Shown: piece after piece, positions 11,316 through 23,243 of the stretch
Position numbering within the stretch: the stretch's first letter is position 1
How the letters are laid out: every line of letters starts with the position of its first letter
Source of the DNA: Phoronis australis
Lineage: Eukaryota > Animalia > Phoronida
Reading direction: 5' to 3'
DNA length: 64,000 nucleotides
NCBI GenBank assembly: GCA_002633005.1
Contig: NMRA01000037.1
Coordinates: 1,043,972 to 1,107,971 of the forward strand
The notes under the pieces: generated by a model
Told to the model about the DNA's origin: nothing
Database searches by the model: none
What the model saw: the letters and a program-made list of their open reading frames with translations, nothing else
Made by a program: the position numbers and the translations under genes

Positions 11316-13231
11316 TGGTTCATAGAGTGTACAAGGTGACAGGTTTGCAGAAAATTAATTAAAAGCGTAGGCCTACTGAACTGATTTTTTCAGTGTCTGT
11401 ACAGAAATAACTAAGCCGACGGTATTTATACTTTATTCATTGCCGGCCATGTCACTATTCCAGTCTCAATAACCACAGGCATTATGGGGTCTGTTCCACG
11501 TTGCTGCGTAAAAATTGTGTAGGCATTTTGCGTAACTATATGTGTTTTTATAAAATTCCTAAGAAAAAAAAACGCATGTAGGACTTATGCAACGTAAGGA
11601 CCTTGCGTAAGATGACAAATAGAGACCGAAGTTTTATATGACAGGCGTCCTCAACAACATCAAACATCACGTACACCTACCGTACAACACCTTTATGGAC
11701 GAAATGTGACCCCGGCTGCAAGGTGGGACAACAGTCTATGTGCGGTGTGCAGGGCCCAAGTTTGTTTAACTCAGCTCGCCTTTCGGCAATCCAATTTTTG
11801 AAAAGACCACTCACCGTTGGCCAACGATAATTCAGGCCGTTCATTGCTCTACAATATGGGCTGTTACAACGTGTCGTCAAGTTATGCGCTGAGCATCAAA
11901 TCCCGACAATTAAATAATAACTAGCCGTTACCCCGGCGTGCTTTCGCACGGGTAGCAGCTAGTGCGAAACGCAGAGGGGAATAGATACTTAGACTAAGAG
12001 TGAACATTAGTGTTCATCGCAAGAGACAGGAATATTTCTTGAAAAGGCCGTGTTCAAAGCTTCAAGCAGAATCATTCAGTAGCTGTTAGATTTTACTTAG
12101 TAGGCAAGGTGTGCGGCTGCGGGATTCTTTCCCCAGGCAGTACAAATTTCTTTCCAGAACATTTAACACTACCGTAACACAAAGAACAGTAATCATGTAT
12201 TCTTTAAAGTGAAAACGAAGAATGCATTTAATATACTGTATATTACAAAAGTTGCATCAAAAATGTACATATTGAGGTAGGAAGCCAGCTGACTGTATGA
12301 AGACTATCGTCAACATACAGCCGCAGCCGAGCTAGGTAGCTGTGTGTAGAGCCCCGTTAGACAACGAAATTTCACCGAATCCCGGTGCTCAGCTTGTCAC
12401 CTCGCCGTGAAACTTAGAGCTAACAACCTACAGGGGTGCATGCAGAATCTGGAAATGAACCGGCATTCATCTTGCCCGTTACAGCCGTTAAGTAAAAAGA
12501 CAGTCTAATAAATGTTACTAAGTTTCCGTAATTGTCCGCCTTAATTTTGTAACAAAGGAAATCTGTCTGGTCGTTTTGAAAACAGTGCATACTTGTGGCA
12601 CCCGCACGTATGCGCCATTTCCGAAAATTTTGCGATATCTCTCGAGAGTTTTTTCTAGTGAAATTGGGTTTTCTGATCACAAGAGTGAAATTTTAATTTA
12701 AAAGCCGACGGAGTGATGTCACCCAGGCCATTGAGTCGACGAACTGACATCACCAAGGCCAGTACGAAGCTAGCCACCCTCCCTCCGCGTCCGCGAAACG
12801 GCCCGGGAGAAAAAAATAGAACACTCGAATCCAAGGGCCGGTGCAATACCTGGGACCAAGGCGGTGCCGAAACGGGCGCAACAAAGGTCTCAGTGTAGTG
12901 GGGGGAGACGGAGTTTGTGCAAACGATGCATCTTATATAGTAGATGGTCAACTGTTCAACTGATTTGAAGAACTGAAGCAAACAAATTTTGGGTACAGTA
13001 CACAATGAAGACGACAAGGCATTCGAGCTATCCTTGTTCCACTGCGAATATACCAACGAACTCAGTCTATAGATGCCCACGACCAATGAGCTGTAGGCCT
13101 ATACGTATAGCCCACGACAGTTTCCGTCGTCTGCTTATGTGGGCGAGTGTTTTCCCGCTGTTTTAATCCGTAGGCTTACAAATCGTCAAGTGGCACTTTC
13201 GAAGCGTAGGCAATCTACCACACCAAGAAGT

Positions 13232-16200
13232 ATGGACGAGGTTTGCCCGCTGGTTCTCAGTGTGTCCATAAGAGTGACGACTGTCTTGATATTCCACACA
13301 TAATTATGAATTAGAAAGCACAAGAGCTATAGGAAGGACAGTCAAATGTCTTGTCTTAGTCGAATGACATTCGATTCATTAGTGTTTATTCTTGTCTTGA
13401 CACGATTTTCCACCATTGTCGTTCAGTTCAGTTTGTACTCTGTAGGCCTACTTGCCGAGGTTTCATTAGGGGCGGATTCAGGATTGAGTTGGGGTGCCAG
13501 GGCACAGGAATAACCACAATTTCGCCACATGCGCCCAGCCTAAAATGTAGGGATTGAGGTGTCTCGAATATTTGGGTTTGTGGACCTAATTACTAAAAAA
13601 CAAACGGTAAACGTAGTTTGTTTATTGCCTACTTGTGCGTTCGCCCCCCTCCCCCCTAAATGGTATCTGGGAGAATTTGATTAGGCTACCCAAAGCAAGT
13701 ATTGATTATATGTATTCACAGATGCAGCTGGCATGCACTGGCCAGAAGATCAGACATTAATGTGCCAAGGGCTTTCTGGCGTTGACATGGAGACGATTAT
13801 GTGTTTTTTTCAAAATATAACTTTGCTTCAAAAGAGTCATAATTTCTACAGATCTTGAAATAATGGTAGTTCATTATTGGTTGAGAAAAGTTTTAAAGTT
13901 GAGTTGGCATCATTGTGTTGATATATTTGCCAAGCATGGTCTCAGTGCTAGATTTTTGCAAGACTAAAAGTCACTGCCAGTGGAATAAGGAACAAGCTGT
14001 GACCAATAATTACGTACAGGGGTCCCGGATTTTGAGAACAAATGTCTTGCCCATTATTCAGTGGAGAAAACTGGCTTCCAGGACCTGCGTAATCAAGTAG
14101 TTGGTCTAAAACCAAAGTTGATTTTTTTCAATGGAACACATGTTTATTTGATGCTTTAAGTCACCAAATTTAGCATAAGGGGGTTGAGGGAGCCCGGCCG
14201 GCCCCCTCTTTCATCATGCATTTGCGGTCGTGATAGACTACGGTATCCCAAGTCTTGTTTTATAATACTCCTGTCTTTTGTCATACGTTCAACTCTGTTG
14301 TAGAAAATAGTTGTATCGAAGCAGAAATTTGACGAAGTTTGTAATGAAGTTGCCTCTATACAGAGTGCGCTACCAGGGATTCTTAAACCTGAACTTATTA
14401 ACCAGATAAAAAGCTTGGCCCACACAAAGGCAGGTAAGTCCACACGGCACAATCAATGACTGCTATATCTCCCCAGGGTGTATTGAGTTGATAATATTCT
14501 AGCAAGCTGAGGCAATTTATTCACAGCCTGTCTTTGCAAATATTTTAAAATCTTGTTTGCATGCCACGTGACCTTAATGAATATATGAAAAGATTACTGC
14601 TCCCGTCGGAACCCGTATTCATAGGTCAAGTGATGTGGCCAACAGATGGCGTGCGATCTATATTTCCATGCTCGTTTAACTTGTAAGGTTTACATTGTCA
14701 TAATATAGCCTGTCTTTCATTAGTGTTGGCCATGTCAACTGTGCCATTGTGTTCAGCTGCTAACGATGTTAAGCTAATTTAATTAGGATTGGTAGATGTT
14801 GATAGAGTTGGTTCTGTTACAGCTATTTAAAAGTGTTTTATGTTTTACTCGCATCAGCATGGTTATAACTTTTAAACCCGTCTTACTAGGACTGTAACTC
14901 TTGGGTGAACAGTTTAAAAGCGGTTGTAAAAGTCGCACGTTTATATCCCTCTGGAGTTGTATTTTAATTAAAAGTTCTAATTGTGTGTGATCAGGAATTG
15001 CAGTGACACCTATAGTGAAAACCAGGAACATGGGTATTAGCCATTGCATCTCATAAATTGAACAGATGCAATTTGTAACTGTGGAAAAGTTATACTGGTA
15101 ACCTGGTTTAGTTGTTCTGAGCACATGACTACGGTAGATTGCGCTGCGCTAGCTACAGGAGCTCAGCACTGTGAACAGCTATATAATTTTATCTGTTATG
15201 CTTCTGTTCTGTTGTTATACCTTAAGTATGGTATTCAGTGTTTAAACAACTTTTATCAACTTCAGGTCATGTTGCGTGCAAATGCTCAGTTCAACACAAC
15301 GCTTTTTCAATTCATTTGACTTGCATGCACATGGGCATATATGGTATTGGTCAAATCGTGCCTCAAAACGAATGGCAGACTAACTTTAATCAACTATTAT
15401 AAATTGTCTCTTAGATAACATCGCCTATGTGTGTGTGTTTGTCCATGCATACGTGTGTGTACATTTAGGCTTTCACTGAGCTGATAACAGTATTCTTTGA
15501 ATTTCTTTTGTCCAGATTTTTGTTTGATCCGCCATACTCTGTATTTCCAGAACTCTGCAATGCTACAAGAGAATTGGCATGTGCCAGGAAAGAGGTGCAA
15601 AAGTGGAAAGTCAAATATGAAACCTGTGTGAATGACTTTCGTCGACAAAAAGAGGTGTGAATTGGGTAACGATTGAATGTATTTATCACTAGCACGATAT
15701 ACAATCTCAGTGACATACAGAGAGATTTACTAGGTACATCACCAGTACAGTAGCTCAGTGACATATGGTGAGATATACTGTGTACATTCAGGACTTGATG
15801 CTAGTTTGTTGGGATACACGCTTTGTTTTGATATTTAAGCAGGGTTTCAGATTTTGCATTTGTCAGAAGTGATTCAAATGAAAAAAGTGGCAAGTTAAGT
15901 ATGAACGGTAGGATTTTATCTACAAGTCTGCTTGTTTCTCCAAATACCTACTGAACTGTAGGTTCAGTAAAAGTATATATTTTCTGATTTTTCATTTTAT
16001 ACCATTGTTATCTACAATTAATTAATTCACGTGGCTATGTCTGTTTATTAAAACTTTGCAAAAAAGAAAGGTACATTGATCGCAAAAACAATGGTATCAA
16101 TAACACGACCAAATTTGGTGCCATATCATGTTTAAAATGAAATCATAAAAATCCTGTTACAGTTGTTGTTTTGTGGAACTCTATAGACATTTTTCATGAA

Positions 16201-19200
16201 AATCAAAAAAGTCCTATTTTTAATAGCCCCTCATGCAAAAGTGGAAATTTGAAAACAATTCCTAATAGCACGAGAACATAGTGTCAGAAAGTTTCATAAA
16301 ATCTGGTCACCCAGTTATGAGATACGATGTCTAATTTTTAGACAAACTAGAAAAATTTCCTAGGGTCCTACAATGTTCTGTTGTCAAAACGTCAACGCTC
16401 TTTTGAAGCACATAAATTTGCTCTTACGAAGAAACATCACTGCTCTTTATCTTTAGAACTGATTTACCCCAATTAGGCAAATGTTACACTAACAGTATTT
16501 GCACTCAAGTAGATGAGAAAGCGTGCACTACTTACAGCAGAGTATGCAGCACATTCATCGGCACATCAATTAGGCTCAATGGATTGAAGTGAGCTAGTTG
16601 CTATATGGGTGAATTTGTATTGTAGTTTATCGCTTAAAGTAAAAAAAAACAAAAGAAAAAAACAAACAAGTATTGTAGTAGTAAACCAACGCGCCTGTTT
16701 ATCACTTAAAGTAAAAAAAAAACAAAAGAAAACAACAAACAAATATTAAGGAAGGCAAATGACCAACATGCCTGTTTTTAAAATTGAAAAGTAAACAGTA
16801 GTCGCCTTAGAAATTTTAAAGTTGATGTAATGTAAGAGAAATCAGCATCTCAGGTCAGTCCCGAGCATTGAATTGATGAGGACGGGTTGATCACAGTCTG
16901 GCTTAGGCTTCATTTGGTATTGGGGTTACAAAACCCCAAATGTTAACGTAGGAGTTGTCTCATATATACATTACCTTGGTGATGGAAATTAACCAATCAT
17001 GAGAAGCAACTTCATGGGCGTGTTCTGAGGCTGCATAATAGTCTCAAAATTAAAAATTGTTTCTTTTTGTGACAGTATGTGGCGGAGGGTCGCCTTTTGA
17101 CAGAGTTCACGTTTTTTTGTTCCATTAAACTTCATTTCCACAGTTGTTCTTTGTCCATAATGACCTGAGTGCTTATAAGTGTTATTTTGTCCGGTGTGTT
17201 AAACTAGTCCTTGATGATATAGCCTCTGTTTCTGGCTTATATTTAATAACTACCAAGCGTTGTAAAGCTTTTATTGTATCACACTTGTTGTCATTCATTT
17301 GTCAGCTGTTCTCCACACGATATGTATATTTATTTCTATAGCGCAACTTCAGCGTGGTTCAAGAAACAGAACAGCTATCAGCTCAGCTGTGCCAACAGTC
17401 TGAGTTCTGCTCTCAACTTGGCTCATCTCTGGGAGACATTCTGTGGAGAGTTTCCAAAACTGAGAGCGTCATTCCAACTATTCTACTGGGGGTAGGGGTT
17501 TGTGACATAATTGCCAATTTGCTTTGTTTTGTTAAAATTGAAAATATTGTGCTTACTGTAATATGATCATCATTATTTTTGCTATCATTAATATTATAAG
17601 AATTAGTACTGTTATTAGTGGCTCCACCTCTGGACCAACATCATGTGACCTATATGTCTGAAAATATTTCTGCCCCACGGGGACTCGAACCCGTTAGTAT
17701 TACTGTAACGGTTGCAATAATCATTTTTGCTGTTTTTGTGTTCTTTTTATTCTTATTTTTAATAGTATTATTACTAAATCATGTATGTATCGTTAGTGAT
17801 ATCTGCGTTATTTTGCAGCCAAAAAGTGACGAGTTTCTAAAGTTGACGGCAGTTACATTGGAGACGTACGTGTCTACATTTAAAGATGACATGCCGGATA
17901 ATGAAAGTGAAGACACACAGTTTATTCACGCTTTGACTGGCATCATTGCAAGTAGGTGGTACTCTTTAACTAATTCTGCAATTCAGTTGACTTTTTTAAA
18001 GATAAAATAATGCGTTTATTGAAATCTAGCTGTTTAAGGTTATTCAGGACCTTGCTAAACAACCTCGACTCTCTAAGTCAAATATCGAAAAAAATACTTT
18101 GTCAACCACTAAGAGCATATATTTTCTGAAATGTGAAAGATCAAGGAGTCTTGAAATTTGCTTTTTACTTAATGATTGTCACATGACCACATTTTTTAAG
18201 TCAAATTTTCACGTGCATTCATAGCAAAATAGCTCACCCAGCATACACAAACTTTTTTAAATGAAAAATTTGCATTATGTCTCAAAAGCACTGTTAGGAA
18301 TTTTTGATTATTCAGCGAGTTTGGGTTTTATGCCAAATTTACTTGCAAAACCCGAACAGTATTTAAGAGACATAACGTAAAGTATTCATTAAAAAAGTTT
18401 ATCTGCTGGGGGGGTTGTTTTGTTATGAATGTAGTACATTTTTTGCACGTGAAAATTTGACTTTAAAAACGTGATCACGTGATAATAATACAGTCACAGT
18501 GGTAAGAAGTATATTTTTAGAATTCTCAATCTTTCTACTTTTAGAAAATATATACATTTAGTGGATGACAAAGCATAGTTTTTTCGATATTTGACTTAAA
18601 GTTGAAGATGTTTATTAAGGTCCTACACAACCTTGACAGGTGTTCACAAGATTTGTTGCCACGTAATAACACAAGTTGCAAACGTTTTTATTTTATTATC
18701 AATTCACTACCACTTGATTGATGTACGGTTTTGAGAGAAACACTTAAAAAAATATCTTTCAGATATTGGGGTATCTGCAACAGGGCGGGAATTTCTCATG
18801 GCTTGTGAACAAGGCAAGATGATAGCTGACGCTATGATTAAATGTTTGTCTGAGGCTCCAAATACAAAGGCCTGTGTCACTTTCAAAAAGTGAGTGCTAT
18901 GCATTGAAAAACAATCATCAGAGACAGTGAATATGGTACTTCTCAATAAATAAGAAAATTTGGTTGTAAGAGGATGTAAATTACTCAAGGAAATCGTGAA
19001 AAAATCCTTCATGGTAGTCAAACGAAAATGCAAGAATATGTACGTACCCTTTTTGGACAGGTTTAATAGCTAAATTTCAATGACTACCAATCACTCAAGC
19101 TGCTGTTAATTGTAGACAAACGTTGCTCTAAATAAAGTTGCTGCTGTATATGTTTCAGCCTGTTGCTGATGGCTTTGTTTAACATGAGTATAAACCACAG

Positions 19201-21158
19201 AGGACTCAGGTATCTCAGCAACAAGACTGGCATCGTCGGGCTTCTTGTATGGCTGATTCAAGGTATGACACACGGAAAGTGTATTTTTTTTCTTATTTCA
19301 ACTACCGCATTAATATCCGGCAAATTTTAACGGTGGGAAAGAAATTATAAAAAATTGGAGGCACTCTCCTTGTCTTTTTGACAACTTTTCGTTGGAGTCC
19401 GCTTCATAAATGTGACTTGAGAATTCCAAAAAAACTGCTGAAATAATTATGAGCACTATGAGAAATAATTGATAAAATTTATCTCATTAACTAGCAGTTA
19501 ATGATATGTGTACAGTCTCGGAGATTTTGCACTTTTGCTCAAGTAAGATTTAATTATTTTTTCAGAAATAATCACGTGGAGCATAAGACCAAAATTGTGC
19601 CTTAAGTTTTAAGTCACATTTCATGAAACAGGTCCCTGGTTACATAAATATTGCCATGCATGACGCTTCAGTATTAACTACAAAACTACTAAAGCACAGC
19701 CTGGGACATGACTTATTTATCTTAATCAAATGTGTCGCGTTTGGTTAGGAAGATTGAAAAATTGATGTTCTGAAAGACTAGTGTCAGTACAGTTTCAATA
19801 AATATAAATTGAAGCAAAAGTTCGTTTAATAGAATAAAATTAGGTGCCATGTTATGTTTTGTGTGTCTTACATGATTTTCATGATCAAAGCGGCTCTATC
19901 GTTGCTTTGTGCAAACCGTCAAAATTGAACAAAGCTAAGTTTTTAAATCTGAACCTCACATCACAGCATTTATGAACCAAACAGCATTAGCATATTAAGC
20001 ATGGGTCTTCTAATTCAGTGATTTACAGTTTAAACTTTTGACCTAATGTAATTTCCCATCGAGAAGTGTCAAGGGTTATAGAACCAAGGCTACCCCAGTA
20101 AGGTGATGTCACACATTCGCCCCCTGTTGGGATTCAAACGTGGGCCTCAAAAGTGAGAATATGCAGTGCATGTCACTGCTCTCTAATGTTGCCACTTCAG
20201 TGCAAGATTGAACGTGTGAATGTTCATTTGTTTATGTATTTGAAGGTTTATACAGAATAGCACAAGCATTCTAGTCACACTCTGTTACACAATAGCGACT
20301 CATTTCTTGTTTCAGACCAGAAAGAACCTGTAAACAGACTGCATGCTTTAAAACTTGTCCAGTCTCTGGTTTGTGACAGTGGTAACCAAACTATCCTTAG
20401 TGAAGCCAGACAAGTGGTGAGTCTTTCTGGAGCAGATTTTAACTTTATTTCACATATGTAACTGTGTATTTGAAGACTGGGAGTAGTCAGCAGAAGCATG
20501 ATGTGCCTAGTGTTACCTCATGACCGAACATAACGGAACCTCTATTTTTTAATCATCACGGATCACAGGAGTGCTAACTATTGGAGGCATCTGCATTTTG
20601 TATTAATGACGTGTTTTAAATATTGTTTTCAATAAAGAACACAGTGCAGAACTTTCAAAACTAGCAGGGGGCAGCCCAATACCACCTCGAACGTTTTTAA
20701 AGACTTGATCAAGCTTTACCTTTTTGATATAGTTTGTGGGGAATGTATCTGAAGACCAAAGTGTGACGGTCATACATTGGAACATGGCAACGATTGCATC
20801 CTAAGAAGTGACATTTCCAAACTTACTTCAAACCTAATGACGAGTTGTACATAGGCGCACAGGAAATTTTTTTCCCCTGCCAGTTGCCACCAATTTTGTG
20901 CCCCCCCAACCCGGTCACACCACCATTCTACCAATTTTGCCCCTTCCCCCATCACTCCCAATTCTCCCTACGTTGGCCAAAGCTTCTCACCGGTTTAACA
21001 CTCATGTGAGTTTTATAATGCATCTGGTGAAATACGCCATTGTCTTGCAGATGTCTCTGGGATTTCTCAAAGAACTTTCCCAGGACAATGACGACGATAT
21101 TCAAGAGATAGCACTCGAGATGATGTCGGACCTCAGCTTTTTGTTTAATGAGCAATAA
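13232..21158 (+). CDS. HSF2BP: Heat shock factor 2-binding protein / MEILB2 (coiled coil + armadillo repeats), 9 exons, about 321 aa
   Basis: Exons 13232-13240 (MDE, least certain), 14304-14433, 15551-15654, 17342-17491, 17819-17951, 18763-18889, 19159-19262, 20316-20416, 21051-21158; all GT-AG with compatible phases. Peptides QLCQQSEFCSQLGSSLGDILWRVSKTE, ESEDTQFIHALTGIIANIGVSATGREFL, LLLMALFNMSINHRGLRYLS and RLHALKLVQSLV match recalled human HSF2BP (QLLQQAEYCTEMGAAACTLLWGVS; DESQFVFALAGIVTNVAAIACGREFL; LMLMSLYNVSINLKGLKYIS; LHVLRLVQSVV). AATAAA at about 21283. Confidence 0.93.
18034..18636. mobile_element. Fold-back (long inverted repeat) non-autonomous DNA transposon in an HSF2BP intron, TTAA-flanked (Kolobok/piggyBac-like)
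   Basis: ttaa-ggtt...ggacctt...aagtcaaatatcgaaaaaa...tttgtca.ccactaa is mirrored by ttagtgg.tgacaaa...ttttttcgatatttgactt...aaggtcc...aacc-ttga. Inner arms (aagtcaaattttcacgtgca / tgcacgtgaaaatttgactt) also pair. Confidence 0.7.
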
Positions 21159-23243
21159 TAGTTGATCATCTTGTATTGCTCGCCAGTAATGTGTCTGCCG
21201 TGTGAAAAATGAATGACATTCTACTTGTCATCAGTTTATTGGAGAAATCAGAGATGCATTGTAGTTTGATGCAAGAATAGCAAATAAAATTTGGATGATT
21301 CGCTGTCGTTTCTGTATAATTAAAAACTACATACCAGTAAGAGTAAAGTCAAGCTGGCAGTTCAACTGTAGAGCGTAGGTGTGTTTATAATTAGTACTGA
21401 ACTCAACAAAAATTGTTAAAATCGGTAAAACACATTCCTGTTGTAAATTTGCGCAAGTCAGATTGTAAGCTAAATTCTGACAAAGTTGAGCCGTCCAGTT
21501 GTCCAAGTTCATGCACGTGGGCATTCAGATAAAATGGATTCCACCACACTCGATGGAATCTCAGTCTGGTTGGATGAGGCTTATACGAGTGTTATTGTGC
21601 CTGTAGCAAGACACCACTGTTTGAACTAAGTCATAGCCAGAGTGTGAAGCTCGCAACTGTATTTTATTAACAATTACATTCAAGTGTTAAGTACAAATGC
21701 CAACTATATTGGACAAATTAGTTAACTTAATTCAAACATAGCAAAGCACCTCAAGATGTTCAAAAACATCTAAAATAACACAGACTTTCAAGCACAATTT
21801 AACATTGACTAGATGAGTGCGGTATTAGTTTGGGTTAACATCCAGGCCATTCAAACTGAGTAACTATGAGGCATTTGTTAAGCCAAGCATGTGCATTTAA
21901 GAATAATTTTAATTTGAAGTGTACATTGAACTAAACGATCGATTCAGTTCGATACCCACAGAGCTGTCTTACTTTGTGACAGTACTTACTTCAGCGAAAT
22001 ACTTGATCATTTTTGGGAACAAAGACCATATAGAAGTATAATAATTTAGTGCACATGAGCAAATAACATTTCAGTGTCTCCTATGGTGAAGTGCATAAGC
22101 GAATACTCTCAAACAATTCCTCACCAGGGAGATGAGGCAATCTTAATACCATTAAAAATCTGTTAATTCAAAGGCAAGCAGATCACCTGCATTTTGGAGG
22201 TGAAGATTTCAATAGGTTGGTGTTTACAAAAGCATAAACATTTTCAAGAATTAAACATCCTGAATGCACAAATTGGGGGCTGGTAGAAAACTGAACACAC
22301 GTCTTCAAACGTGAAAACCGATGGATATCGAGCTGACTGAGCATTCGGCAGAACGTGGGTTTAGCTGAGTATGTATACAAGCACAGGAAACTGCAGATCA
22401 CACTATGTCTCTAAGAGGTCTTGATCACATCAAGATATTTCATAACTAACAAAACATATAAGACTAAACTAAACAAATACAAACGTCAACAAAAGTGAAA
22501 GTGTTGAAGAAAATATAACAGTGAAAAAAGTTTATGTCTTCAGATACGGAATACCCTTCTACTCAAAGGTAATCCCTACTGCAATAGACTACAGCTAAGA
22601 ACAGAACAAAAAAACAATGGGACACAACTGAACATCCAACTACAACTCAAAAGGTGGTAACAAACTCCTCTGTGCATACATACAAAACACAATCTTTGCC
22701 AATGTTTTCAGAAAACAACTTACAATAATAATGAGCATATCATAATTAAACCAGTTACCTCAAAGATAACAAAGTTGCTTCATAACCTGGTGTGTTTCAG
22801 AATAAACTAAATGGTTTCTCTCAACGACTACATGATTTTGTACAATAAATGTTCTGAATTATTGCTGGCATTGGTAACCTTTAATATAGATCTCATACTC
22901 ATTCTACTAAAATGTTGCAACTTTATCAAACACTCTCATACTTAACGAGCTAAATTTACATCCATTAACAACAGATCAAGTCCAATCTTTTCAAATTCCA
23001 AGCAGTTTTAGTTAGGACTTGCCAAAATATCAAACTTTCAATTGGAATAAATCAAGTTTAGACGTTTAGTGGTCAGCGAACCCTATCGTCACATGATTTT
23101 ATCATGGAATAGTACCTTATATTAGGGGTTCTTCCTCAAAACACGAAACCAAGACCATAACTTTCAAAGATAATGCTGTATGGGCTATCCGTCACAATGA
23201 CTAACGTACGATGTTCATGAAACCAAATGAATGCGAACAACAA

